Positions 44,038 to 54,205 of a stretch of DNA of 64,000 bases are shown here, in pieces (position 1 is the stretch's first letter; each line of letters begins with the position of its first letter). A model generated the notes under the pieces. That model had not been told where the DNA came from. It searched no databases and worked only from the letters and a program-made list of their open reading frames with translations. Made by a program: the position numbers and the translations under genes. The stretch is from an uncultured delta proteobacterium (GTDB lineage: Bacteria; Myxococcota; Kuafuiibacteriia; Kuafuiibacteriales; Kuafuiibacteriaceae), in contig CAWDML010000001.1 in the NCBI GenBank assembly GCA_963803435.1, forward strand, positions 1,312,001 through 1,376,000. The letters are read 5' to 3'.

Positions 44038-45676
44038 TCAGGCCTTCTTCTGGCGCTTCAGATGGATCATGAGGCGCTTGAGATCCTCGTTGACCTTGAT
44101 GAAGTCGGCCATCGAGCGCTCGTCCTCGAGCTGCTTCTCGATCGCGCCGACGACGCGATCATCGCCGAAGCTCCAGTACGCCATGATGGCGGCGGAGCGG
44201 ACCTCGGGCTTCTTGTCGGCGAGCGCCTTGCCCAGGGCGTCGAGCGTGCTGGGATCCTTGATCCGTCCCAGCTCCCAGGCCGCCTTTTCGCGGATCAGGG
44301 GGTTCGGATCCTCGAGCTTCTTCATCCAGCAGCCGACCGCGCCCTTGCACTCGGCGGCGGCCTGCACTCGGGCGAAGCGCTCGCGGATGTAGTCCTGCAT
44401 CGGCTTGTGCTTCTCGGCGTCCATCACCTTCTTGTAGGCGTCGAGGTGCTCGGCCTGCGCCAGGTTCGAGACGTGATCGACGGCGGTCTTCTGGAGCGCG
44501 AACACGTTCGGATCCGACTCACAGGCCTCCTTGTCGGCGATCTTGATGCACTCGGTGATCAGCTTGTCGTAGTCCATGCCGTCCAGCATCTTCGGGACGT
44601 CTTCGGTGTCGCCGAGCTGGTTGAGCGCGCGCATGACGGCCTCACGGATGGAGGGATCGAGCGTGAGCATCTGCTTTCTGAGGGCCGGAATGGCGCGCTT
44701 GTCGCCGAGGGCGGCCATCGGCGCGGGCGCAAAGCCGAGGATGACGGGATCGAGCGGCTCCTTGCCGGCCGCTTCGAAGGCCTCGATCAGCGGCTCGACC
44801 GCCCGCGGGTCCCGGAGATCGCCGAGGACGTAGCCGCACTTCGCCTTGATCGCGGTCTCCTTCATGCCCCCGGCCGACTTGAAATAGTCGTTCACCTTCT
44901 CGTTCTTGAGGGCCATGGTCTCGAGCAGCTTGTCGGTGACCGCGGGGCCGATCTGGAAGAGCGCGTACGACGCCTCCTTGTAGAACGAGACGCCCTTGTA
45001 CTCGACGAACATCATCTCGATCAGCGCGTCGGTCCCGGCGGGATCGGCGAGGTTGCCGAGGGCCTCGACCGCGTTCTTGCGGAGGAACTTGTTGTCGTCG
45101 GTGAGGGCGATGGAGGAGAGCTTCGGGACGGCCTTGGGGTCGCCAATCTCGCCGAGCGCCCGGACCGCCTTGAGGGTGACGTTCCGCTCGCGGGTCTTCT
45201 CGATCAGCTTGAGGAGCGGGTCGACCGCCGACCTGGCCTTGAGCGCGCCCAGGGCCTCGCAGAATCTCCTCGTTGGCGCGGTTGCCGTTCTTGTCGCTCC
45301 AGTCCGAGCTAGTGCCGGCGTCGTAGTCGATGGCGGAGATGAGCGGCTCGGCCGCGTCGGGATCCTTGAGCTCGGCGAGACCCTTGGCGGCGTCCATGCG
45401 GTGCCGATCCTGATGCCCCTTGTCGGCGGGCTGCTGGACCAGCTTGATCAGCGCGTCCGCACCCTCCTTGACCTTCTGCTTGCGGATGATCTTGACCGCG
45501 TTCTCGCAGTACTTCCGCTTCGGCTCGCTCTGCTTGAGGATGTAGGCGATCGCGCATTTGTCTGCGTTCTCGCTCAGCATCGCGGCGCACTTGGCGCCAT
45601 CCTCTCGACAGTCACTGATTCCGCCGCAACCCGCCGAGGCGAGCGCAGCAGCGATGATCAGGGTGATCGGACGCAT
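44038..45676 (-). CDS. HEAT-repeat lipoprotein; frameshift near 45263
   Basis: Lipobox SAGC and HEAT_2-like repeats (LGDLRDPRAVEPL, IREKAAWELGRI, EVRSAAI). Removing one base joins ORF 44642..45718 to ORF 44038..45015 (EEICEALGALK). Confidence 0.87.
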
Positions 45677-45714
45677 GGAGGGTCTGCACCATCCCGGGAG
45701 GGGAGAGTCAAGCC

Positions 45715-46917
45715 TCATCGAGCCACCACAAAGTCACCTTCCAATGCTTCGCTCGCTGCTGTCAGCACGAACGAGGTCGGATTCAACGGATCCCGCTTTC
45801 CCACGAACACGCGCCACGCGTACCGCGCGCCCGGTACCAGCGTCTCGCCCGTGTACTGCACCGAGACGTTCGGCGGGAGCACGCGGATCCGCGGATTGCC
45901 GCCGGCGTCGAAGCCGCCGAACACGTTTCGGCCGCTCTCGTCGGTCACGTCGACCACGTAGAAGTCGGTGCCGTCCACGGCACGCCACGACAGCTCGGGC
46001 GTGGCGCTGACCGTCGCGCTGGCGGCCGGCGCGATCCGGCGGATCGAAGGCAGCGTGTCGAGATCGAGGCTGGCGGACGCGGTCTCGCTGACCGCCACCG
46101 ACGCGGGCGCGCCGCCGAGAATGCGCGGGTCGTCGAACACCCAGCCGTCGTCCAGCTCGAGGGCGGTGTTCGCGAGGTAGACACCGGGCGGGACGCTCGA
46201 GACCTGCCACGCGCTCCCCAGGTTGGTGTCGACCTCGAGCCCCGGGACCGGCACCCCCGAGCCGCGGTGGATCAGGTAGACCGTGGTCTGGCCCGTGCCC
46301 CCGTGGATCCTCCCGCCCACCGCGACGCCCCCCGCGGTCAGATCGAGATCGATCCCGTCGACACGGGCACCGCGGACGTCGACGCTCATCCGCACGCTCG
46401 ACGTGAATCCCGCGAGGTGCGCGTCGACGGTGTAGAGATCGTCCTGGAGCCCGGACAGGAGGTAGTCACCGTTTCCGTCGGAGTACGTGGAGCGAACGCG
46501 CGTGCCGGTCGCGACGACCAGCGCGCCCTCCACCGGACCTTCGGCGCCGTGGAGCGTTCCCGCGATCGCGCCGTCGCCCGACGGCGCGTCGACGGGCTGG
46601 AGCACGACGGTCAGCTCCGTCGTCATCTGGGAGATCACGAGGACGCGGGGTAGCCTCCGGAACGGGCGCGGCTCGGACCGATGCCGAGGTGCTTCGACAC
46701 GATACTGATACTCCGCGCCTTCGAGCGTCAGGTCGACCGGCAGATCTTGCCACGTGCCTTGCTCGATCAGCAGCAGGCGCGCGCCCTCCACCGGCATCCC
46801 CGTGACCGCGTCGACCGCGGTCGCGTGCAGGATGGTCGGCGGCGGCGGCGGATCCGGCGGCGGGTCCGAGCAGGAAAGCCCGAACAGCAGCGAGAGCGAG
46901 AGGGTTGAACAGCGCAT
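45715..46917 (-). CDS. Lipoprotein with carboxypeptidase-regulatory-like (Ig/transthyretin) domains
   Basis: Lipobox GLSC; VDAVTGMPVEGA and PVEGALV...SDGNGDY.LSGL..DLYTV. Confidence 0.8.
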   Translation of the reverse strand: MRCSTLSLSLLFGLSCSDPPPDPPPPPTILHATAVDAVTGMPVEGARLLLIEQGTWQDLPVDLTLEGAEYQYRVEAPRHRSEPRPFRRLPRVLVISQMTTELTVVLQPVDAPSGDGAIAGTLHGAEGPVEGALVVATGTRVRSTYSDGNGDYLLSGLQDDLYTVDAHLAGFTSSVRMSVDVRGARVDGIDLDLTAGGVAVGGRIHGGTGQTTVYLIHRGSGVPVPGLEVDTNLGSAWQVSSVPPGVYLANTALELDDGWVFDDPRILGGAPASVAVSETASASLDLDTLPSIRRIAPAASATVSATPELSWRAVDGTDFYVVDVTDESGRNVFGGFDAGGNPRIRVLPPNVSVQYTGETLVPGARYAWRVFVGKRDPLNPTSFVLTAASEALEGDFVVAR

Positions 46918-46983
46918 GCTGGAGACAGCATGCCAAAACTCTCATCGCCAGAGCCAGCGACTGGTGCTAGCTTCGCGGCCGTT

Positions 46984-48324
46984 TTGACCCAGGAGGATGG
47001 CAAGAAACCGGCGGATCCGATCGACGAAGCATCAAGGACGGAGAGTCTCGATCGCTACCGCTCCTCGATGGAGTGGGAGTCGAAGTTCTACCGGGACACG
47101 GCGCAGCTGGTCGAGCACTGCTGCGACGCCATGCACTGCGACCCCAACATCAAGCAACGGCTGCTGACGCCCCAGCGGGCGCTGATCGTGACGGTCCCGG
47201 CCCGCATGGACGACGGGAGCGTCAAGAACTTCATCGGCTACCGCGTCCAGCACAACAACACGCTCGGGCCCTACAAGGGCGGCATCCGCTACCACCCGGA
47301 CGTGAACCTCGGCGAGGTCTCGGCGCTCGCCATGCTGATGACCTTCAAGTGCGCCGTCGCCGGGATCCCGCTCGGCGGCGCCAAGGGCGGGATCCGGATC
47401 GAGCCGAACGGCTTCACGCGTCAGGAGATCCAGCGCGTCACCCGCCGCTTCACCACCGAGATCATCAACTTCATCGGTCCCGAGAGCGACATCCCGGCGC
47501 CCGACATGGGCACGAACGATCAGACCATGGCCTGGATCATGGACACGTACTCCCAGACGAAGGGGTACGCGGTGCCGTCGGTGGTCACCGGCAAGCCGAT
47601 CTCGATCGGCGGGTCGAAGGGCCGGCAGGAGGCGACCGGACACGGCGTCTCGTACCTGACGGCGGCGGCGGCCGAGTATCTCGGCATGGACCTGGCGAAC
47701 AAGACGGTGGCGGTCCAGGGCTTCGGCAACGTCGGCCTGCACGCAGCGAAGAAGCTCGAGAGTATGGGGCTGAAGATCGTCGCCGTCTCTGACGTGGGCG
47801 GCGGGATCTACAACCCCGACGGCCTCGACATGAAGCACGTGATCAACTACGTCGGCATTCGCAAGCTCGTGAAAGGCTATCCGCGCGCCGAGGAGATCAC
47901 CAACACTGATCTGTTGACGCTGCCGGTGGACGTGCTGGTGCCCGCCGCGCTCGGGGGGCAGATCGACGCCGACATCGCGAAGAAGCTGAAGTGCCGGATC
48001 CTGGCCGAGGGCGCCAACGGCCCGGTGACGGCCGAAGGCAACGAGATCCTGGCAAAGCGCGAGGACGAGATCTTCGTGGTCCCCGACATCCTCGCGAACG
48101 CCGGCGGCGTGATCGTCTCCTACTTCGAGTGGGTGCAGGGTCTCCAGGCCTTCTTCTGGAGCGCGCAGGAGATCAACGAGCGCCTCTTCCGGATCCTCCA
48201 GGAGGCGTTCAACCAGTGTCTCGAGTTCCGCAGCAAGTTCAAGACGGACATGCGCACGGCCACGCTCATGCTGGGGATCCATCGCGTCTCCGAGGCGATG
48301 CTCCTGCGCGGCCTCTTCCCCTAG
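46984..48324 (+). CDS. gdhA: Glu/Leu/Phe/Val dehydrogenase (probable glutamate dehydrogenase)
   Basis: GYRVQHN, GPYKGGIRYHP, GGAKGG, DIPAPD, VQGFGNVG, EGANGP and NAGGV.VSYFEW. Start placed at TTG 46984 (uncertain). Confidence 0.93.
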   Translation: MTQEDGKKPADPIDEASRTESLDRYRSSMEWESKFYRDTAQLVEHCCDAMHCDPNIKQRLLTPQRALIVTVPARMDDGSVKNFIGYRVQHNNTLGPYKGGIRYHPDVNLGEVSALAMLMTFKCAVAGIPLGGAKGGIRIEPNGFTRQEIQRVTRRFTTEIINFIGPESDIPAPDMGTNDQTMAWIMDTYSQTKGYAVPSVVTGKPISIGGSKGRQEATGHGVSYLTAAAAEYLGMDLANKTVAVQGFGNVGLHAAKKLESMGLKIVAVSDVGGGIYNPDGLDMKHVINYVGIRKLVKGYPRAEEITNTDLLTLPVDVLVPAALGGQIDADIAKKLKCRILAEGANGPVTAEGNEILAKREDEIFVVPDILANAGGVIVSYFEWVQGLQAFFWSAQEINERLFRILQEAFNQCLEFRSKFKTDMRTATLMLGIHRVSEAMLLRGLFP

Positions 48325-48352
48325 CCGCTCCGCCCGTGTTAACCGGGCTCAA

Positions 48353-48766
48353 ATGAACAAGCTGACGTACGCGCTTTCGATCGGAGTCGCGATCGCGGTG
48401 ATCGGCTGTCCGGAAGAGAACAGCCAACAGATGGCGCCCCCACAGCCTCGGGTCGCGCAGGCGCCCGTGTCGCAGCCTGCCAACGGGATGCAGCCGGCCA
48501 GCGACGTCACCGCCGGGAAGCGGCTCTACCTCACCGCCTGCGCCAACTGCCACGGCCCCGACGGGTCTGGCTCCATGATGCGGCAGGCGCTCCCGACGAT
48601 CGGCGACCTCACCTCGCCCGAGATGCACGGGCGGCTCAGCGACGCGGACATCGCGAACCTCATCCAGAACGGACGCAACAACAAGATGCCGGCGTTCGGG
48701 ACCATGTTCGACGACAACCAGCGAAAGGCGATCGTGGCGTACGTCCGGACCCTGAAGCGGCAATGA
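48353..48766 (+). CDS. Monoheme cytochrome c lipoprotein
   Basis: Lipobox VIGC, GKRLY...CANCHG and MPAF distal ligand. Confidence 0.92.
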   Translation: MNKLTYALSIGVAIAVIGCPEENSQQMAPPQPRVAQAPVSQPANGMQPASDVTAGKRLYLTACANCHGPDGSGSMMRQALPTIGDLTSPEMHGRLSDADIANLIQNGRNNKMPAFGTMFDDNQRKAIVAYVRTLKRQ

Positions 48767-49977
48767 TCGACGTCCGCATGAAGGGCTTCGCACGGCGCGC
48801 GCGCGTCAGCGAGGCCCAGGCGTTGATCGAGCAGCGGGTCCAGCCGCTCTCGATCGAGCGCGTGCCCTACACCTCCGCGCTCCACCGAGCGCTCGCGGAG
48901 GAGGTGGTGGCCGACCGCAACGTCCCGCCGCACCCGAAGTCGGCGATGGACGGCTATGCCGTGCGCGCCGCGGATCTCCCCGGAAGACTCCGCGTGATCG
49001 GCGAGATCACGGCGGCCGAGCAGCTCGAGGGGACCGTCGGGGAGGGCGAGGCGGTGCGGATCATGACCGGCGCGCGGGTCCCCGAGGGCGCCGACACGGT
49101 GATCCGGGTCGAGGACGCCACGCAGGACGGGAGAGAGGTCGAGATCGGCGTCAGCCCGCCGGCCGGTCACCACGTCCTCGCGATCGGTGAGGACCTCACC
49201 GCCGGACGGCCGGTGCTGCCTGCGGGACGCCGCCTCCGGCCGCAGGACGTGTCGATGCTGATCTCGGTGAACGCGCTGGAGGTGGCGGTGCGCCGGCGGC
49301 CGCGGGTCCGCATCGTGCCGACGGGCCACGAGCTGGTGCGGCCAGGCCGGCCGGCGAGCGCGAGCGAGGTACCGGAGTCGAACAGCGTCATGCTCCAGGG
49401 CCTGGCCCAGCGCGACGGCGCCGACCCGATCGCCCACCCGATCGTCGGCGACGATCCGGACCTCCTGCGCCGCGCACTGCTCGAGCCGGGCGCAGACCTG
49501 ATCGTGATGATCGGCGGCTCCAGCGTCGGCAAGGAAGACTTCGGTCCGGTGGTGCTGCGCGAGCTCGGCGAGCTCCCGATCCACGGCGTCCACGCCAAGC
49601 CGGCGTCCCCGACCGGGATCGGCTTCCTCGGATCGATCCCGGTGGTCCTGGCGCCCGGCTATCCGGTGGCGGCGTACATCGCCTGGGATCTGTTCGCACG
49701 CCCCATCGTGCAGCGGATGCTCGGCCTGCCGGTCGCGCTTCCGTACGCCACCGCGCGCGGGCGGCTGGCGAAGCCGCTCTCGAAGCCGGCCGAGCAGACG
49801 TTGATCGCGCGGGTGGTGCTCGCGCCTTCGAGCCGCGGCCTGCCGATGGTGAGCGTCCTGCCCGGCGGCGCGGCGCTCCTCTCCACGCTCACGCGGGCGG
49901 ACGGCTTTCTCTACGGCGCGGAGGGCGTCACCGAGATCCCCGCCGGCGCCGAGGTCGAGGTCCACCTCTACGGATGA
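48763..49977 (+). CDS. moeA: Molybdopterin molybdotransferase
   Basis: Motifs SAMDGYAV, IMTGA..PEGAD, GEDL, TG.EL, GGSSVG..D and PGYPVA. Confidence 0.95.
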   Translation: MIDVRMKGFARRARVSEAQALIEQRVQPLSIERVPYTSALHRALAEEVVADRNVPPHPKSAMDGYAVRAADLPGRLRVIGEITAAEQLEGTVGEGEAVRIMTGARVPEGADTVIRVEDATQDGREVEIGVSPPAGHHVLAIGEDLTAGRPVLPAGRRLRPQDVSMLISVNALEVAVRRRPRVRIVPTGHELVRPGRPASASEVPESNSVMLQGLAQRDGADPIAHPIVGDDPDLLRRALLEPGADLIVMIGGSSVGKEDFGPVVLRELGELPIHGVHAKPASPTGIGFLGSIPVVLAPGYPVAAYIAWDLFARPIVQRMLGLPVALPYATARGRLAKPLSKPAEQTLIARVVLAPSSRGLPMVSVLPGGAALLSTLTRADGFLYGAEGVTEIPAGAEVEVHLYG

Positions 49978-50483
49978 GCGTCCGCGATCGCGCGCTCCGC
50001 GGGGCGCAGGTGCTCTGGGACGTCTGCCCGCAGCCGCTGCGGCGCGCCATCCTGCACGGGCTCAACGCGCGCTTCATGGTCGGGGTGGTCGGCCTGATCT
50101 ACGACGACGACCTCCGCGTGCTGCTGCTCCATCACCGCTTTCGGACCCCCTATCGATGGGGGCTGCCGGGTGGGTTCATGAAGGGCGGCGAGGATCTACC
50201 CGCCGCGCTGGCGCGGGAGTTGCGCGAAGAGATCGACGTCGAGGTGGCGATCGATCCGTGCGCATTCGACACCGAAATGGTCGGGCGCGGAGGCTATCTG
50301 TCGGTGACGCTCCTCGGCCGACCGGCGTTCGACCCCGGCGCGCTCCGGATCGGTGAATCGACCGAGATCCTCGGAGGCGGGTTCTATGGCCCCGAAGCGC
50401 TTCCAGAGGACACCTATCCCTATCAGCGGGGCTTGATCGAGCGGTTCTGGCGCCAGCGCGGGGTCCCCTTTTCACCGAGGTGA
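49974..50483 (+). CDS. NUDIX hydrolase
   Basis: Nudix box WGLPGG...GE....ALARELREE. Confidence 0.9.
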   Translation: MSVRDRALRGAQVLWDVCPQPLRRAILHGLNARFMVGVVGLIYDDDLRVLLLHHRFRTPYRWGLPGGFMKGGEDLPAALARELREEIDVEVAIDPCAFDTEMVGRGGYLSVTLLGRPAFDPGALRIGESTEILGGGFYGPEALPEDTYPYQRGLIERFWRQRGVPFSPR

Positions 50484-50506
50484 AGCAGGGGATAGGTTCC
50501 GGCGAT

Positions 50507-51409
50507 ATGAGGACTCTCCTTTGGGTGGCCGCAGCGCTGCTCCTGTCCCCCGCTGCCCAGGCCCAGGACGACCCGGAAGGCTCGATTGACATCGGCGACG
50601 TTGGCTCGTCGCGCATCGGCGGGCCCGGCCTCACCAAGGCGGAGAAGGCCTGGAACGCCGCCGAGGACGAAGAGGACGAGCCCATCACCGAGGAGACGCT
50701 GCCCCCGATTGGCAACAAGAAGCGGATCCCGGGCCTCCAGAAGCTGGCCAAGCAGTACGCCGGCGGACAGATGTGGAAGGACGCCTGCGAGAAGTACGAC
50801 CAACTCGAGGAGGAGGGCGGCCCGGAGAGCCTGGTCGAGACCGAGGCCGGCAAGAAGCTGGCGGGGAAGAGCTATGTCGCGTGTGCGCGGATCGCGTTCG
50901 GGATCGGCGACTACGACAAGGCCGAGAAGCTCCTGTCGAAGAGCGAGCGTCTGGTCGGCACCGATCAACGTCACCGCGGCCTTCGCAGGAAGATGATGCG
51001 GGAGACCTACCGCAAGAAGGTCACCAGCGGGGACATCGGCGGCGCCATCAAGATCTTCAACCAGTACCAGGCCGAGGAGAAGAACGAGGACGAGCGGATC
51101 TGGCTGGGCGAGCAGCTCGCCGAGCGCGCCCGCGCTGCGCACGAGGAGAAGGACGAGATCACGCGCAACGAGATGATGACCTACCTCGCCGACGTCGCCC
51201 CGATGAACACCGAGTACCGCAAGCTGAAGGACGAGATCGAGAACGGCCACGACATCCTCAAGAACGCGGTGCTGTTCGCGCTCGGCGCCGTCGGGATCGT
51301 GTTCTTCCTGGGGTGGTTCACGAAGTGGCGGGCCAACGCCAAGCTGGCGGGCGAAGGCTTCACCGGGGGCGGCAAGAAGAACAAGTTCCTCGACGACGAC
51401 GACCTCTGA
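50507..51409 (+). CDS. Exported helical/TPR-like protein with C-terminal membrane anchor
   Basis: Signal peptide (AAQA), GDYDKAEKLL, C-terminal TM and short charged tail. Confidence 0.78.
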   Translation: MRTLLWVAAALLLSPAAQAQDDPEGSIDIGDVGSSRIGGPGLTKAEKAWNAAEDEEDEPITEETLPPIGNKKRIPGLQKLAKQYAGGQMWKDACEKYDQLEEEGGPESLVETEAGKKLAGKSYVACARIAFGIGDYDKAEKLLSKSERLVGTDQRHRGLRRKMMRETYRKKVTSGDIGGAIKIFNQYQAEEKNEDERIWLGEQLAERARAAHEEKDEITRNEMMTYLADVAPMNTEYRKLKDEIENGHDILKNAVLFALGAVGIVFFLGWFTKWRANAKLAGEGFTGGGKKNKFLDDDDL

Positions 51410-51411
51410 CC

Positions 51412-51813
51412 GTGCCGTATCGCCTGCAGATCCGCTTCGCGGACACCGACGCGCAGGGGCACGTCTACTTCGCGAACTACCTCACCTTCTTCGACGAGGC
51501 GATGAGCGACCACCTGCGCTCGATCGGCTTCCCCTGGCAGCGGCTGCACGCGCTCGGCGTCGACCTGGTCTTCGCGGACGTCCACGCCACGTATCGCGGC
51601 CGTGCCACCTTCGAGGAGGTCCTCGTCATCACCGTCGAGGGCGTGCGCCTGGGCAACGCCAGCATGACGACCACGCTCGCGGCGCAGAAGGAGGACGGGA
51701 CGCCGGTGGCGAGCGCCGAGCTGGTGAGCGTCTGCGTCAATCGGCGCACCATGAAGTCGACGCCCCTCCCCGCGCCGCTGCGCGAGGCGCTCGAGGTCAC
51801 GGCCCGAAGCTGA
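51412..51813 (+). CDS. Acyl-CoA thioesterase (YbgC/4HBT family)
   Basis: Motif IRFADTDAQGHVYFANYLTFFDEA. Confidence 0.92.
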   Translation: MPYRLQIRFADTDAQGHVYFANYLTFFDEAMSDHLRSIGFPWQRLHALGVDLVFADVHATYRGRATFEEVLVITVEGVRLGNASMTTTLAAQKEDGTPVASAELVSVCVNRRTMKSTPLPAPLREALEVTARS

Positions 51814-53986
51814 CGAACGGCCTCGCCTGCTTGATCACCACGCGACCGTCGCGCGTCCACTTGAGCTCGACGTCCATCGAGAGGGGCGCCAGGTTGGGAT
51901 AGACCGCGGCGTTGAAGTGATCGTGCAGCAAGAAGAGCGCCTGCGCGGCCTCGTCGAGCGCTTCGGGCGTCCAGACCTGCTCGCCGGCAGGCAGGAGCGT
52001 CGACCGCACCTCGATCTGGACGTCCGAGACGGCCGGCGGCTCGCCGCTCCTGCGGAACGTGAGCACCTCGGCGATCTCGGTGGGATCGTCGGGGCGGACG
52101 ACGCTTGAGTCTCCGACCTGCGAGTTCAGGCGGTAAAGCGGATCGCCGGCGTCGACGTTCAGCCCCGTGATGGCCACAGCGCTGGCGCGCTCGAGGACGA
52201 ACGAGAGGTTCACGGCGATGCCCATGTACGCGCGCCGGTGATCGATCCCGTAGTACTCGCGCTCGTCGAAGGCGCGCTCGTTCCAGAGGCTGGCCCAGAC
52301 CTTCTTCACCGCCCGCGCCACCGTCTTCTCCTTGGTGAGCTCGTCCTGGAGGTTTTCGATGATCGGGACCAGGTAGGTCCGGTCCTGGTGGTCAATCAGC
52401 TCCTGGCTTCGCGCCGCCAGCTTCGCCTCCAGGTCCGCGCGCTGATCGGGCGTCAGGCAGAGCGACGGTCCCATGGCATCGGCGTCGCGATCGTCGGCGA
52501 GGCAGCCCGCCTTGCTCTCGTACAGGCCGGCGCCGGTCAGCTCGTCGAGATCCTCCACGTTGGTGCTGCTGCGGAACTTGGTGCGCATCGTGGTCGAGCC
52601 GGCGCCGAACGACGCGACCATCGCGGCCTCGATCGCGTCGAGGAGGTCCTCAGGGAACGGGGCCGCCTCGATAGCGTCGCGGATCGCGCGGAGCTGCTCA
52701 CGCTCGAAGGCGGCGTCCGTGCGCATCCGCGGATCGTCGAGGGCCTGGGCGATCTGGACGTCGATCCCGTTGGCCCGCACGAACGCGTCATAGCGGGCGA
52801 ACGGGATGCCGAAGCCGGGATCTCGGTTGGCCTCGGGCAGGATCGCGAACAGCTCTCCCAGGTTGGCCGCCTTGGCGCCGTAGGCGAGCGCACCGGCATG
52901 GCGAAGCTCGGCGAACCCGACGAGATCCGACACCGACAGGTCGGCCTGCACCGGCGGGAGCTGCGGGCGGCGTGCGTCCCAGAAGGCCTCGGCGTCGGCG
53001 AGCAACGCCGGCTCGAGGAGGAACGTGTCCTGATCGACGACCAGATGCACGAGGCTGTCCTTCAGAGCCGCGACGTAGGGAGCGTCGTAGATCCCAGGCA
53101 CCGCCACGTTGGGGATGCCTTTCTCGATCAGGCGCAGGTTGGTGTGGCTCAGCGTGTTCTGGGGATCGCGGCTGATCAGCCCCTGAACGACGGAGATGTC
53201 GTTCGGCGCGCTCTCCACCACCACCACATCCCGGGGACCGTAGTCGTCGAGCCGCTGCCCGGCGGGCACGATGCGGAGGGTGCCGTATCCCTCGCCGCCG
53301 CTGTAGGCCTGGTGCGTGACGCCGTCGACGAGCTGCTCGGGGAGGATGACGGTCACGCCGCGGCTCGCGAGCGCCGTGAGCTGCGCCTGCGCCAGCACCT
53401 TTTGGTCGGGACCCTCGGGCAGGAACACCAGGAAGTCGCGGGCGAACGGAGCCGTCCGCTTCAGGATCGCGTCCACCTCGACGATGGCGTCCACGCTCAG
53501 GGTCCCCGGATCGGAGTAGACGGCGAACGTCACCACGCCGAGACGCTGCGTGGCGGGATCAAGGACGCCCGGATACGCCTTGAGGTAGCCGCCCCAGAGC
53601 CGGCGCGAGGCGGGTCGGAGCACCCAGGCCAGGTAGGTGTTGAAGTCGATCAGCGACAGCTCCGGGAAGCTCTGGAGGAACTGCAGGTGCCACGGGAACT
53701 GATTCATGTTCTGGAAGTAGCAATCCTCCGTGAGCGGTGCGCTGCGCGTCGCGGTGAGCGCGGGCGCGAGGAACTTCACGCCGTCGTGCGCGGGCGTGTC
53801 GAGCCCGTACAGATCGGCCGGCGTGGCGAGCGTGGTGAGGAAGCAATCGTCGAGCGTGCCCGCGTCGCTTCCCGCGTCGGTGCCGGCGTCCGCTCCGGCG
53901 TCGGGACCCGCATCGACTGCGGGCGACGACGGCGAACCGCACGCCGCCAGGAGGATCGCGAGCACCGTCGTTGAGACCCGTTCCAC
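51797..53986 (-). CDS. Lipoprotein with phospho-His and PEP-synthase/PPDK nucleotide-binding domains (glucan-water-dikinase-like order)
   Basis: Lipobox LAAC and DAG linker; QNTLSHTNLR..EKGIPN; YGAKAANLGEL, PGFGIP, FRSSTNVEDL...GAGLYES, VWASLWNERA and DVE.K.......IKQARP. Start placed at GTG 53986. Confidence 0.88.
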   Translation of the reverse strand: MERVSTTVLAILLAACGSPSSPAVDAGPDAGADAGTDAGSDAGTLDDCFLTTLATPADLYGLDTPAHDGVKFLAPALTATRSAPLTEDCYFQNMNQFPWHLQFLQSFPELSLIDFNTYLAWVLRPASRRLWGGYLKAYPGVLDPATQRLGVVTFAVYSDPGTLSVDAIVEVDAILKRTAPFARDFLVFLPEGPDQKVLAQAQLTALASRGVTVILPEQLVDGVTHQAYSGGEGYGTLRIVPAGQRLDDYGPRDVVVVESAPNDISVVQGLISRDPQNTLSHTNLRLIEKGIPNVAVPGIYDAPYVAALKDSLVHLVVDQDTFLLEPALLADAEAFWDARRPQLPPVQADLSVSDLVGFAELRHAGALAYGAKAANLGELFAILPEANRDPGFGIPFARYDAFVRANGIDVQIAQALDDPRMRTDAAFEREQLRAIRDAIEAAPFPEDLLDAIEAAMVASFGAGSTTMRTKFRSSTNVEDLDELTGAGLYESKAGCLADDRDADAMGPSLCLTPDQRADLEAKLAARSQELIDHQDRTYLVPIIENLQDELTKEKTVARAVKKVWASLWNERAFDEREYYGIDHRRAYMGIAVNLSFVLERASAVAITGLNVDAGDPLYRLNSQVGDSSVVRPDDPTEIAEVLTFRRSGEPPAVSDVQIEVRSTLLPAGEQVWTPEALDEAAQALFLLHDHFNAAVYPNLAPLSMDVELKWTRDGRVVIKQARPFVSFGP

Positions 53987-54000
53987 GCGCGCCTTTCGAA

Positions 54001-54015
54001 GCAATCATGCGACCG
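54001..54015 (-). promoter_or_regulatory. Sigma54 (-24/-12) promoter of the dikinase-like lipoprotein
   Basis: Minus strand reads CGG-TCGCATGATT-GC (GG-N10-GC with TTGC); the conserved C is 15 nt before the GTG. Confidence 0.6.
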
Positions 54016-54205
54016 GCGGTCAACGAATGGGAATCATTCGACCTGCCGACGCGGGCCCTCAGTTTTCCGCGGTGGACGAACGCTCGTCTTCTCGGATCGC
54101 GTCGCGCGCGGCGCTTGTCGAAGGAACTCGAGTTGCTGGCGCGAAATCGGATTGCAAGGGGCACTTGCTGGGCGGAAATCACGGATGCTACCTTGACCGA
54201 GCGCT

